NCBI GenBank assembly: GCA_964374005.1
Contig: CAYJXB010000001.1
Coordinates: 1-58,378 of the forward strand
Length of the DNA stretch: 58,378 nt
DNA from: an uncultured Planctomycetia bacterium
GTDB lineage: Bacteria; Omnitrophota; Gorgyraeia; 2-02-FULL-51-18
Direction of reading: 5' to 3'
Positions 23,310 to 33,076 of this stretch are shown piece after piece. Position numbers and translations under genes: made by a program. A model generated the notes under the pieces. It was not told the origin of the DNA, did not search any database, and saw only the letters and a list, made by a program, of their open reading frames with translations. Numbering within the stretch: position 1 is the stretch's first letter; every line of letters starts with the position of its first letter.

Positions 23310-24578
23310 ATGCGGGCGGAGATCATTTCCATAGGCACTGAAATTCTTATTGGGTCCATTTTAAACACCAATGCCCGATTTTTATCTCAAACACTTGCCC
23401 AAAACGGAATCGACGTTTACCACCACGTGACGGTTGGAGACAACCTGGGCCGCATTGTTGAATGTTTTGAAACGGCCGTCAAGCGTTCGGATATCGTGAT
23501 TTCCTCCGGAGGTCTCGGACCCACCGAGGATGATGTGACCATGCTCGCGCTCACCCGATTCTTGGGCAAAGGATCCTATTGCCACCGCCCTACCTATCGG
23601 GCCATTCTTCGGCGGCTTAAAAAAAGAAATCTCCCGATGACGCGCTTGATCTCCAAACAATGTTTTGTGCCGAAAGGTTCCACTATTTTCGTCAATGAAA
23701 ACGGGACCGCTCCCGGCGTCCTAAACCACCGGCGTGAGAATGGCCGGCAAAAATGGCTTCTGGTTCTTCCCGGGCCTCCGCGAGAACTGGAACCCCTATT
23801 TATCAAGAAGGCGCTGCCGTCTCTTATTCGGGCGGCAAAAATCAAACGGGAACATTTTGTCGTGCGTTCCGTCAAAATCTCGGGGCTGATCGAGGCCCAG
23901 GTGGCCCAAAAGGTGACGGACCTTCTCAAACGAAAACCCCCTTTAACCGTCGGGATCTATGCCAGGCCGGGCGAAGTGGAATTGAAAATCATGGCCAAGG
24001 ATTCCTCCAAACACGCTGCGGTAGCAAAAGCCGATAAAATCGAAAAAGTCATTAGAAGGCGCTTGAAAGAAAAAATCTTCGGGCTAGATCAAGAGTCGTT
24101 GGCGTCCTCGGTTGGAACGCTTTTGAAAAAGAAAAGATTATCATTGAGCGTGGCGGAATCCTGCACCGGCGGATTTCTTTCAAAGTGCGTCACGGAAATT
24201 CCCGGATGCTCCGATTATTACCGCGGGGGCATCATTGCTTATGATAATCAAATCAAGGTTCGCGAGCTTCGCATCCCTCGGCCGCTCATCCGGAAATACG
24301 GCGCTGTGAGCGGCACGATCGCGAAAAAAATGGCCCAAAATGTAAAAGTACTTTTTCAGACGGATATTGGAATCGGGATCACGGGAATCGCGGGCCCGAG
24401 CGGCGGCTCACGCCGGAAACCGGTAGGGCTTGTTTACATTGCGATCTCTCGAAGACGGGCCACGCCCTGTTCAAAACACCTCTTCTTGGGCAGCCGTCCG
24501 GAAATTCAGGAACGCGCCGCTCACGAGGCGCTCGACTTACTGAGGCTCGAGCTCCTCAAACCGGCACACCCAACGTGA
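23310..24578 (+). CDS. cinA: competence/damage-inducible protein CinA (MoCF-like domain plus nicotinamide-nucleotide amidase domain)
   Basis: MRAEIISIGTEIL..G...NTNA N-terminus. C-terminal SVAESCTGG domain. Only plus-strand gene in the window. AAGGAG 6 nt upstream of the ATG. Confidence 0.9.
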   Translation: MRAEIISIGTEILIGSILNTNARFLSQTLAQNGIDVYHHVTVGDNLGRIVECFETAVKRSDIVISSGGLGPTEDDVTMLALTRFLGKGSYCHRPTYRAILRRLKKRNLPMTRLISKQCFVPKGSTIFVNENGTAPGVLNHRRENGRQKWLLVLPGPPRELEPLFIKKALPSLIRAAKIKREHFVVRSVKISGLIEAQVAQKVTDLLKRKPPLTVGIYARPGEVELKIMAKDSSKHAAVAKADKIEKVIRRRLKEKIFGLDQESLASSVGTLLKKKRLSLSVAESCTGGFLSKCVTEIPGCSDYYRGGIIAYDNQIKVRELRIPRPLIRKYGAVSGTIAKKMAQNVKVLFQTDIGIGITGIAGPSGGSRRKPVGLVYIAISRRRATPCSKHLFLGSRPEIQERAAHEALDLLRLELLKPAHPT

Positions 24579-25062
24579 GGATCAACCCTTGCAGAATCAG
24601 GTTCACCAATGCCCCGGCCGCTAAATCATCCCATACGATACTCAAAGGATTTGCATTCTTTTGAATCCGGCTGATCGGCCACGGCTTTAAGGTATCCAGC
24701 AAACGAAATAAAATAAAAGCGACGAGAAAGACCGCCGGTGTTTTAGGCAGCCACAAGACACTGAGCATCATTCCGCAGACCTCATCCAAGACAAAAGGAG
24801 TCGGATCTCTGGAGGCTACGAGGCCATCCACTGCCTCGGCCGACGTGCCGCGAGAGGAAACTCGCGGCTTTGAAGAAAACACGATCGTCGCGGATTTGCA
24901 TATCGCAAAACCCACCACGCAAAGCACCAGGGTTAGATAAGGAATAGCTCCGTAAAAATACCACGCGATCAGAAGCCCGGCGAGACTCCCGAAAGTGCCG
25001 GGGGCGAAAGGCAGATAACCCACATAAAAAAAAGAAGCAGCCGCCTTGACCCAGGCGCTCAT
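24556..25062 (-). CDS. pgpA: phosphatidylglycerophosphatase A
   Basis: GYLPFAPGTFGSL, FVLDEV.G, FRLLDTLKPWPI, WDDLAAG. ATG 25062..25060 at the edge of F2b-1. Confidence 0.88.
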   Translation of the reverse strand: MSAWVKAAASFFYVGYLPFAPGTFGSLAGLLIAWYFYGAIPYLTLVLCVVGFAICKSATIVFSSKPRVSSRGTSAEAVDGLVASRDPTPFVLDEVCGMMLSVLWLPKTPAVFLVAFILFRLLDTLKPWPISRIQKNANPLSIVWDDLAAGALVNLILQGLILTLGVPV

Positions 25063-25167
25063 CCCGTTAGACTCCTTACCAACAATGCGTTACTATTACT
25101 TATGCGATTCGCGGTTCGCTTGAAAACTGTTGCGCCACCGATATTGAAATTTAGGAGTCTAACGGGA
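25062..25167. repeat. F2b-1: 106-bp palindromic element between pgsA stop and pgpA start
   Basis: TCCCGTTAGACTCCTTACCAAC ... TTGAAATTTAGGAGTCTAACGGGA. CTCA at 25058-25061 and 25168-25171. Confidence 0.88.
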
Positions 25168-25168
25168 C

Positions 25169-25729
25169 TCATTCAAGCGTCTCTAGATTTTTTATCACGT
25201 AGCGAATGCCGCTCCAAAGAGTGATCGCCACAATAAAAAATAGGCTGAAATAAATAAGCCGGGTGGCGCTCGGAGTCCATTCGGGCCGCCAGACACTGGT
25301 TTCCTTCACGGCGAGAAACAGCAATACCCCCACGATCGCGGCAAACTGTAATACCGTTTTTTGCTTACCGCTTCCGCGCGCGGACTGCGAGTCCCCCAAA
25401 GAAGGCGGGATAAGCCGCCAGCTCGTGATCAGAAAATCTCTCGTGATGATCAACACCACCATCCAGGCGGGCATGATGCCCATTTGCACAAATGCCAGGA
25501 ACGCGGAGAGCGTCAGAATTTTGTCCGCAATCGGATCCATGAGTTGCCCGAAGCGGCTGACCTGGCCCCTTTCGCGGGCGAACTTGCCGTCCCAGTAATC
25601 CGTAAAAACGGCCAGGATGAACGTCGCAAGCGCCAGCGCCTTAGACAGCGCCCCCTGAACGGAAAGAAGGAGTATGAAAACGACGGTGAGAAGAATGCGA
25701 TAAAACGTTAAACGATTGGGAAGCGTCAC
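25169..25729 (-). CDS. pgsA: CDP-diacylglycerol--glycerol-3-phosphate 3-phosphatidyltransferase
   Basis: DYWDGKFARERGQVSRFGQLMDPIADK motif. GTG start 25729..25727 at the edge of F1-d. Confidence 0.9.
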   Translation of the reverse strand: MTLPNRLTFYRILLTVVFILLLSVQGALSKALALATFILAVFTDYWDGKFARERGQVSRFGQLMDPIADKILTLSAFLAFVQMGIMPAWMVVLIITRDFLITSWRLIPPSLGDSQSARGSGKQKTVLQFAAIVGVLLFLAVKETSVWRPEWTPSATRLIYFSLFFIVAITLWSGIRYVIKNLETLE

Positions 25730-25847
25730 CCCACCACTCCTTTCGTCCCACCACTTGTTTTTTGCGATCCGAAGGATCGGCCGCCGATGGCGGCAAAACA
25801 GGTGGTGGGACCAATCGCCTTGCGATTGTAAGAAAGAAGTGGTGGGG
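25729..25847. repeat. F1-d: palindromic element between rimO stop and pgsA start (inner module 25747..25809)
   Basis: Arms CCCCACCACTCCTTTC and GAAAGAAGTGGTGGGG (one G-U position in the transcript). TCA at 25726-25728 and 25848-25850. Confidence 0.88.
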
Positions 25848-27185
25848 TCACTCCACGGTCCCGATCAGGTCGTACTCCAGCGCATCCTTGATTTTGACCC
25901 TCGTAAAATCCCCCGGCTTCAAATCGGACCGGCTATGAATAATCACCTGCCCGTCCACTTCCGGCGCGTCGCCTTCGGTACGCCCGTAAAACAATCCTTC
26001 TTCCTCAGCGTTTTTTTCATCCACCAAGACGCGCAACTCTTTCCCTACCAGAGCGCTATTGAGGCTCCGAGAAATTTCCTGCTGCTGTGCCATCACGGCG
26101 TTGAAGCGCTCTTCTTTGATTCTCTTTGGGATTTGATCCGGCCACCCGTAAGCGCGGGCGCCCTCTTCCTCTGAAAACATAAATGCGCCGAGCCGTTCAA
26201 ATCTCACCTCTTGCAAAAAACCCAGTAACTCTTGAAATTCCTCGTCGGTCTCCCCTGGAAACCCCACGATGACGGTTGTGCGGATGTGGACGCCCTTTAT
26301 TTTCTTTCGAAGCGCATGAATCCCCCACTCCATTTTGGCGCGCGTCACGCCGCGATTCATCCGTTTTAACATCTCCTCATGGCTGTGCTCGATCGGGAAA
26401 TCCACATACCGGCACACACTGGGGTTCTCGGCGATCGCGTCGATCAGTTCCTCGCTGACATGGCCGGGATGCGCATACAAAAATCGGACCCAAGGCACCA
26501 GATCAAGTTTCACGATTTTCCTTAAAAGCTCGGGTAGCTTGAACGTTTTATCCTGATCATAGCCATAGGCCGCCGTATCCTGTCCTATCAGATTGACCTC
26601 TGAAAGCTTTCTTGCGCCGGCAATGATTTTAATCTCGTTTAAAACAGATTCGATCGAGCGGGAACGATGAGGGCCTTTCATTTTTGGAATCACGCAATAA
26701 GAACACGCGTTGATGCACCCTTCGGATATTTTCACATAAGCGAAATGATCCGGCGTCAGGGAAACCCGCGGCGCGTTTTCATCGAGAAGAGTGCGGGGCT
26801 TGGGCTTCACCTCATAGATCTTTTCCTTTCTTTCGAGCGGTTTTAAAAGCCGCGCCAGATCCCCGTAATTATTAGTGCCGATAATCCCGTCCACCTCAAT
26901 TAACTCTTTCTCTAACTCCTGGCCAAAGCGCTGGGCCAAGCATCCGAGCACGACCACCGCAGACAGCTTCCCCTTCTTCTTCAATTCGCACAGCTTTAAA
27001 ATTGTCTCGATGGATTCCAATTTGGCCGATTCGATGAAACCGCAGGTATTCACGACTGCGACGTCCGCGAGCTCAATATCCGGAACAATCTCATGGCCGT
27101 GTTTTTCAAGACTGCCGAGGGCCACCTCGGAATCCACGAGAGTCCTTGAACAACCTAGGCTGATGAGTCCGATTTTCATAGGCAA
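25848..27185 (-). CDS. rimO: ribosomal protein S12 methylthiotransferase RimO
   Basis: UPF0004 N-domain (SLGCSRTLVDSE), radical-SAM CINACSYC, C-terminal TRAM domain. Confidence 0.9.
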   Translation of the reverse strand: MPMKIGLISLGCSRTLVDSEVALGSLEKHGHEIVPDIELADVAVVNTCGFIESAKLESIETILKLCELKKKGKLSAVVVLGCLAQRFGQELEKELIEVDGIIGTNNYGDLARLLKPLERKEKIYEVKPKPRTLLDENAPRVSLTPDHFAYVKISEGCINACSYCVIPKMKGPHRSRSIESVLNEIKIIAGARKLSEVNLIGQDTAAYGYDQDKTFKLPELLRKIVKLDLVPWVRFLYAHPGHVSEELIDAIAENPSVCRYVDFPIEHSHEEMLKRMNRGVTRAKMEWGIHALRKKIKGVHIRTTVIVGFPGETDEEFQELLGFLQEVRFERLGAFMFSEEEGARAYGWPDQIPKRIKEERFNAVMAQQQEISRSLNSALVGKELRVLVDEKNAEEEGLFYGRTEGDAPEVDGQVIIHSRSDLKPGDFTRVKIKDALEYDLIGTVE

Positions 27186-27197
27186 TGGGTGGAATCG

Positions 27198-27971
27198 CTA
27201 AGCGACGATTTTGATGCCTTCGTAGCTGACCAACATTTTTTTAACACCGACTTTGTTGGCGGAAGGTTTCAGGCTGGATCCGTTGATTGAAAGCCGCATA
27301 TTAGATGAATTTCCTGTCCATATTTCGATCGTTCTGTCCGCGGCCCAAGATTCCGCTGCGCCTTTTTTTAAGAGTGATTCAAAAAGCACCTTGCCGTCAC
27401 AAGTGATGCGAAGCCACACGTCGTTCAGCGCGCGGATTTTTAATTTGATCGGCGTATTTGAAGCGATTTTTGGAAAATCGTCTAGGGAAACATGGTACAG
27501 CCAACGCGGATCGATTGATTTCTGAGAGACGGCGGCAACAACCTTCGAAGAGCCTGAAGCGGGTGCTCTGAACCAGCCTCCGACCATCTTAATAGCGCCC
27601 ACGAGGACCCATAAGGCAAAAACCGCCACCACCAAGATCCCCGGCAGCAGCAGAAGATTTTTATTGAAATGAATTGAGCTCCCGACGCGTTGGACCCGCT
27701 GTTGGGGCGATTTAATAAACAAAACCTGCTCCGGTTCTTTTTTCTCCTCTTTTTCATAGGCTTGAATAAGTTCTTGCGAATCGACTTCGAGAAATTCTGC
27801 GTAGGTCTTTAAGAAACTTTTAACGAAAAGAGGGCCCGGCAATTTATCAAATTTCTCGTCTTCCAAGAGCTGCAGCACCCGTGGGTGGATTTTTGTCTTG
27901 GCATGGACGTCTTCAAGCGTCACCGCCTTTTTACTTCTGGCCTCTTTGAGCGTATTTCCAATGGAGTTCAC
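27198..27971 (-). CDS. rodZ: RodZ-like cytoskeleton protein (HTH, TM segment, DUF4115-like C-terminus)
   Basis: N-terminal HTH LKEARSKKAVTLEDVHAKTKI, one hydrophobic segment, C-terminal beta-rich domain. GTG start overlaps the ftsK stop (GTGA). Confidence 0.7.
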   Translation of the reverse strand: MNSIGNTLKEARSKKAVTLEDVHAKTKIHPRVLQLLEDEKFDKLPGPLFVKSFLKTYAEFLEVDSQELIQAYEKEEKKEPEQVLFIKSPQQRVQRVGSSIHFNKNLLLLPGILVVAVFALWVLVGAIKMVGGWFRAPASGSSKVVAAVSQKSIDPRWLYHVSLDDFPKIASNTPIKLKIRALNDVWLRITCDGKVLFESLLKKGAAESWAADRTIEIWTGNSSNMRLSINGSSLKPSANKVGVKKMLVSYEGIKIVA

Positions 27972-30109
27972 TTTTTGGGCCGCTCCGCTAAAATCTCTCT
28001 CGGCTTGGCCCCGCGGTAAGGCCCTACCACGCCATCTTCTTCCATCATATCGATCAGCCGCGCGGCCCGCGTGTACCCCAGCCCCAATCGCCGCTGCACC
28101 ATTGAAACGGACGCTTGGCCAGTCTCCAGCACGACGCGCTTGGCTTCGTCATAAATCTCGTCGCGTTTAAAATCTCCGAAGGCCTGTTTTTTTTCCTGAG
28201 AGTGAATGACCGCCTCGTAATACGCCGGTTTTCTTTGAGACTTGATAAAATCGGTCACCCGCTCTATCTCTTTTTCCTGCACCCAGGCGCCTTGCGCGCG
28301 AGTCAATTTTGATTTTCGTGGGTCCATGAAAAGCAGATCTCCCCTTCCGAGCAGTTTATCGGCGCCGTTTTCATCAAGGATGGTCCTCGAATCCACCTTC
28401 GAGGCGACCTGAAACGCGATCCGCGCCGGGAAATTGGCTTTAATCACGCCCGTGATCACGTCCACCGAAGGCCTTTGAGTCGCTAGAATCATGTGGATCC
28501 CCACGGCCCTCGCTAGCTGCGCGATCCGCGTGATTGCCGTCTCCACTTCCTGCTGGGAAGAAAGGATAAGATCCGCAAGCTCATCAATCACGATGACGAT
28601 GTAGGGCAGCTTGAGTAATTGCGGATCAATCTCTTTATTCTGGACTTTTTCATTAAATATCGTGATATTTTTAGCGCTCACCTCCGACAATACCTTGTAG
28701 CGACGCTCCATTTCCGCCACGAGCCACGCGAGCGCCCCTGGCGCCTTCGCCTTGTCCGTGATCACGGGGGCGATCAGATGCGGCAGGTCATTATAAAAAT
28801 GAAGCTCGACCATTTTCGGGTCAATCATCAAAAATCTTACCTCCTCGGGGCTCGACTTGTACAAAATGCTCACGATAATGCTGTTGATGCAGACGCTCTT
28901 TCCCGTATTGGTCGCGCCCGCGATCAAGAGATGCGGCATATCGCTAAGATTATAGACGATCGGAGCGCCCGCCGTATCTTTACCGATCACCATCGCAATT
29001 TTCGACGGCTCGTTCTGAAAATCGCTCGACGCGAGCACTTCCCTGAGAGAAACGATCGCAGCAGACCCGTTTGGCACCTCAATGCCTACGCGCGATTTTC
29101 CGGGAATCGGGGCGACAATGCGGACGCTCGTTGCCCTCATCGCGAGCGCAATGTCGTTCTCGAGCGACGTGATGCGTTGAACTTTCACTCCCGCCGCCGG
29201 CTGTAATTCATAGCGTGTGATCGTGGGGCCTTGTTCCACTTCCACCACTTTAGCTTCGATATTAAAATCCCGAAGCGTGTCTTCCAGGACCCGGGAGCTA
29301 GTTTCTAAATCGGCTCTGGCCTTATTTTGGTCGACCGCGGGAGACGGCAGTAGAAGATCCAGGTCCGGCAATCGATAACTGCCGGCTGGCTCTTGGGACA
29401 TCATGGGCCGCTCTTTCGGCTTGGGCGCCGGCCAAAGGCCGGCTGGCCTCGCGGCCGGACCCCGGGTCTCGGGTCTTGTAGTTTCCGGTTTTTGCGCTAT
29501 CGTTTCTTTTATTTCAGGAAACTTGGGATGAATAATGGTTGTGCTCACCTTTTTTTTCCTGAAATCAAACAACGACGGCCAAGAAATTTTAAACCGTTTG
29601 AACAAACTCCCCGTCATTTGCAGAATCAAAAGCTCGGTTGCCAGAAGAATGGATAAAAGAAATAACGAAAGCGCCACAAAAACGCCCGCGCGTCCGAATA
29701 GATGGGATAAAAACAGGGAGCTAAAATAGCCCAGGACGCCGCCGGCCTGAAATCGCCCGATTTTCGTGCCTTCATTCAGCAGCGAAAAAAGCGCGCAGGA
29801 TGAGGCAAAAAATATGACGGTCGCGAAAAGCTTGAGCCATAGTTTTTGGCTTTTTTGGCCGAACCACTGGGCTAGCGCCCAAAATAAAAAAAGCGGAACT
29901 AGAAAATAAGAAGTCGTGCCAAAGAGAAGAATGAGAACCCAGGCCGTATAAGCGCCGGCGATCCCGACAAAATTGCGAGCGGGTGAATTCACGGAGGAAA
30001 CTTCGAAGGCAATATCGTTAGGCGTGTAAGACAAGAGCGCGAGTAACGTGAGGATGGACGTGATAAACCAGAAAAAGGCCAACACTTCGCTTCGTTTTTG
30101 TTCGTTCAC
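27968..30109 (-). CDS. ftsK: DNA translocase FtsK
   Basis: N-terminal TM helices, Walker A GATNTGKS, C-terminal gamma wHTH (MVQRRLGLGYTRAARLID). GTG start at the edge of F2b-2. Confidence 0.95.
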   Translation of the reverse strand: MNEQKRSEVLAFFWFITSILTLLALLSYTPNDIAFEVSSVNSPARNFVGIAGAYTAWVLILLFGTTSYFLVPLFLFWALAQWFGQKSQKLWLKLFATVIFFASSCALFSLLNEGTKIGRFQAGGVLGYFSSLFLSHLFGRAGVFVALSLFLLSILLATELLILQMTGSLFKRFKISWPSLFDFRKKKVSTTIIHPKFPEIKETIAQKPETTRPETRGPAARPAGLWPAPKPKERPMMSQEPAGSYRLPDLDLLLPSPAVDQNKARADLETSSRVLEDTLRDFNIEAKVVEVEQGPTITRYELQPAAGVKVQRITSLENDIALAMRATSVRIVAPIPGKSRVGIEVPNGSAAIVSLREVLASSDFQNEPSKIAMVIGKDTAGAPIVYNLSDMPHLLIAGATNTGKSVCINSIIVSILYKSSPEEVRFLMIDPKMVELHFYNDLPHLIAPVITDKAKAPGALAWLVAEMERRYKVLSEVSAKNITIFNEKVQNKEIDPQLLKLPYIVIVIDELADLILSSQQEVETAITRIAQLARAVGIHMILATQRPSVDVITGVIKANFPARIAFQVASKVDSRTILDENGADKLLGRGDLLFMDPRKSKLTRAQGAWVQEKEIERVTDFIKSQRKPAYYEAVIHSQEKKQAFGDFKRDEIYDEAKRVVLETGQASVSMVQRRLGLGYTRAARLIDMMEEDGVVGPYRGAKPREILAERPKK

Positions 30110-30214
30110 CCCGTTAGACTCCTTACCAACATTGAGTTACCCTTATCGACACGATTCGTTGCGAGCCCAGAAACTTTTGCGTTGCCAATCTTGAAATTTA
30201 GGAGTCTAACGGGG
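30109..30214. repeat. F2b-2: 106-bp palindromic element between dut stop and ftsK start
   Basis: CCCCGTTAGACTCCTTACCAAC ... TTGAAATTTAGGAGTCTAACGGGG. TTCA at 30105-30108 and 30215-30218. Its ends match F2b-1 while the centre has diverged. Confidence 0.88.
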
Positions 30215-30215
30215 T

Positions 30216-30668
30216 TCATCTAGCCCCCGTGTGCCCAAAACCGCCGCTGGCTCTCGCCGTATGGGTCAAGTTATCCACCTCTTCAATTTCCGCCCGGATG
30301 ACTTCGTGAATAATCATCTGAGCCAGACGATCGCCGCGCCTGATGGGATATGGGTTCTTGCCAAGATTGGTCAATATGAGCGACACGACACCACGATAAT
30401 CGCTGTCGATCGTTCCGGGAGTATTGACAAGCGTGATGCCGTGCTTAAGCGCCAGGCCGCTGCGAGGACGAACTTCCGCCTCATAACCGGTCGGAATACT
30501 GATGGAAATGCCCGTGGGAACGAGCTTGATTTCGCCGGGCTGGAGCACGATCTCTCCTTCCACATCGGCTACCAGGTCCATGCCTGACGCCCCTTCGGAC
30601 ATATAAGCGGGAAGCGGAAGGTCGTTAGTCCCAGGGCTTCTTTTTATTAAAAGTTTTACTGTTCTCAC
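30216..30668 (-). CDS. dut: dUTP diphosphatase
   Basis: [25 protein letters not shown]. The GTG start lies 44 nt inside the pnp 3' end. Confidence 0.93.
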   Translation of the reverse strand: MRTVKLLIKRSPGTNDLPLPAYMSEGASGMDLVADVEGEIVLQPGEIKLVPTGISISIPTGYEAEVRPRSGLALKHGITLVNTPGTIDSDYRGVVSLILTNLGKNPYPIRRGDRLAQMIIHEVIRAEIEEVDNLTHTARASGGFGHTGAR

Positions 30669-32781
30669 CGCGCTTTGTGACTACCGGAGGTCCTTCAGAA
30701 CTGGCTTGTTTTTTAGAAAGGTTGATGCGCCCTTGCGCGTCGATTTCTATGACTTTCACTTCAATTTGATCGCCTACTTTGACCACGCTCTCCACATGAT
30801 CCACAAAAGAGTTGGAGAGCTCCGAGACATGGACCAGCCCTTCCTTGCCGGGCAATATCTCGCAAAACGCGCCGAAGTTCATGATCCGCTTGACCGTGGC
30901 TTTGTAAACTTTTCCGACCTCCGCGTCTTCGGTGATTCCTTTGATGAGGTCAAGCGCCTTTTGCTTACTTTCCTCGTTGGTCGTGGCGATCCGGACCGTC
31001 CCGTCGTCCTCCACCTCGATCGTCGCGCCGGAATCGGCCTGAATTTTACGGATCATCTTGCCGCCCGGCCCGATGATCTCGCGTATTTTATCCGGATCTA
31101 TTTTGATGGTGGTAATTCGCGGCGCAAAAGAAGATAGTTCTTTTCTTGGAGTGCTGATGACGGCCTGCATCTTCTTAAGAATAAAAAGACGGCCTTCTTT
31201 CGCCTGCTGCAATGCTTTCCGAAGGGTCCCAATGTCCAGAGACTCCTTCAATTTTAAGTCCAACTGAACGGCGGTCACACCCTTTTCGGTGCCCGTCACT
31301 TTAAAATCCATATCCCCTAGATGATCTTCGACGCCGGCGATATCGGAAAGAACCGCCACTCTGGTTTTTTCTTTCACCAAACCCATGGCGATACCGCTCA
31401 CCGGCGCTTTGATCGGGACGCCGGCATCCATGAGCGCCAAGGTTCCAGAGCAGACACTGGCCATGCTGGAAGAGCCATTGGATTCCAAAATATCCGAAAC
31501 GAGCCGGATGGTGTAAGGAAACTCCTCTTTGGACGGGATGACGGGCCGAAGCCCGCGTTCCGCAAGCGCGCCGTGCCCGATCTCCCGCCGTCCGGGGCCG
31601 CGCATCGCTTTGATCTCGCCGACAGAAAAAGGCGGAAAATTATAATGCAGCATGAAATTCTTATAAATATCCCCTTCAATTTCAATCGCATCAATCCTCT
31701 GCTCGTCTTCGCTCGTGCCTAAGGTCGCCACGCCCAACGACTGGGTCTGGCCGCGGGTAAACAGCGCCGAACCGTGCGTGCGGGGCAGGACGCCTATCTC
31801 GCAGGTGATGGAACGGATCTCATCATATTTCCTGCCATCCGTACGCACGCCTTTTTCAAGGATAAATTTTCTCACCTCTTCTTTTTCCACTTCATGAAAT
31901 GTCTGATCCACTTGCGCCTGGGTAATTTCGGAGCCTTCCACGACGAGCGACTCAAGGACTTTTTTCAACAGGTTTTTGAGCGCTTCATCCCTTGATTCTT
32001 TCGTCTTTTCCTTTTGGTTAATGTGATCTATTTCTTTGACCGAAAGCCCCCGGACCTTGGAAAAAAGGTCTTCCGAGATCGTCTGCAAGACCGGCTCCAT
32101 CCGCGGTTTCGAGCAAGCCAGGGCCATCTCTTTCTGAAGTTTCAAAACAGGTTTAAGTTCTTCGACGGCAAATTCCAGCGCCTCGATGATCCGTTCTTCG
32201 GAGACAATATTCGCGCCGGCTTCAATCATGATGATCCCCTGCTCGGTCGTCGCGACGACGATATCCAAGGCGCTTTGTTCCATTTCCTTGAAGGTGGGGT
32301 TCAAAATAAATTTTCCGCCCACATCGCCCACGCGCACGGCCGCCACCGGGCCCAAAAACGGAATGCCCGAAATCATGAGCGCCGCGGAGGCGCCGTTGAT
32401 CGCTAAAATATCGGAATTGTATTCCTTATCGCTGGAAAGCACCGCTGAGGTCACTTGAACTTCGTGGTAAAATCCTTCGGGGAAAAGCGGGCGAATCGGA
32501 CGGTCTATCAGGCGAGACGTTAAAGTTTCTTTTTCCGTGGCTCGGCCTTCTCTCTTGAAAAAACCGCCGGGGATCTTACCTCCCGCGTAGCTTTTTTCCT
32601 GGTAGTCCACGGTTAAAGGAAAAAAATCGCTGCCTTCTTTGGGTTCTCTGGCCGCGCAGACCGTGACCAAAACCACCGTCTCGCCGTATTGGACCACGAC
32701 AGACCCGTCGGCCTGCTTGGCCACGCGACCTGTTTCAAATGTCATCTTTTGTTTGCCTTGCTTGATTTCAAATTTTTTCAT
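30625..32781 (-). CDS. pnp: polyribonucleotide nucleotidyltransferase (PNPase)
   Basis: 718 aa. Two RNase PH domains, then KH ([11 protein letters not shown]) and S1 C-terminal domains. Confidence 0.97.
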   Translation of the reverse strand: MKKFEIKQGKQKMTFETGRVAKQADGSVVVQYGETVVLVTVCAAREPKEGSDFFPLTVDYQEKSYAGGKIPGGFFKREGRATEKETLTSRLIDRPIRPLFPEGFYHEVQVTSAVLSSDKEYNSDILAINGASAALMISGIPFLGPVAAVRVGDVGGKFILNPTFKEMEQSALDIVVATTEQGIIMIEAGANIVSEERIIEALEFAVEELKPVLKLQKEMALACSKPRMEPVLQTISEDLFSKVRGLSVKEIDHINQKEKTKESRDEALKNLLKKVLESLVVEGSEITQAQVDQTFHEVEKEEVRKFILEKGVRTDGRKYDEIRSITCEIGVLPRTHGSALFTRGQTQSLGVATLGTSEDEQRIDAIEIEGDIYKNFMLHYNFPPFSVGEIKAMRGPGRREIGHGALAERGLRPVIPSKEEFPYTIRLVSDILESNGSSSMASVCSGTLALMDAGVPIKAPVSGIAMGLVKEKTRVAVLSDIAGVEDHLGDMDFKVTGTEKGVTAVQLDLKLKESLDIGTLRKALQQAKEGRLFILKKMQAVISTPRKELSSFAPRITTIKIDPDKIREIIGPGGKMIRKIQADSGATIEVEDDGTVRIATTNEESKQKALDLIKGITEDAEVGKVYKATVKRIMNFGAFCEILPGKEGLVHVSELSNSFVDHVESVVKVGDQIEVKVIEIDAQGRINLSKKQASSEGPPVVTKRGENSKTFNKKKPWD

Positions 32782-32788
32782 TGTCGAG

Positions 32789-33058
32789 TTATTTTCTTAA
32801 GTCGAGATCGCTGATGAGCTTATGATAGGCGGTTTGGTCTTCGCGTTTCAGGTAGTCCAAGAGTTTCCGGCGTTGCGATACCAGCTTTAAAAGCCCCCGG
32901 CGGGAATGATGGTCCTTGACATGCGCCTTAAAATGATCGCCCAGATTGTTGATCCGTTCGGTCAATACGGCAATTTGAACGAAGGAAGACCCGGTGTCTT
33001 TGTCATGAACCTTGAATTTTTTGATCAACTCTTCCTTTTTGACTTTATCGATAGACAT
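32789..33058 (-). CDS. rpsO: 30S ribosomal protein S15
   Basis: 89 aa. [15 protein letters not shown]...[12 protein letters not shown] pattern. Confidence 0.97.
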   Translation of the reverse strand: MSIDKVKKEELIKKFKVHDKDTGSSFVQIAVLTERINNLGDHFKAHVKDHHSRRGLLKLVSQRRKLLDYLKREDQTAYHKLISDLDLRK

Positions 33059-33076
33059 GCTCTAACTCTTTCTCCT

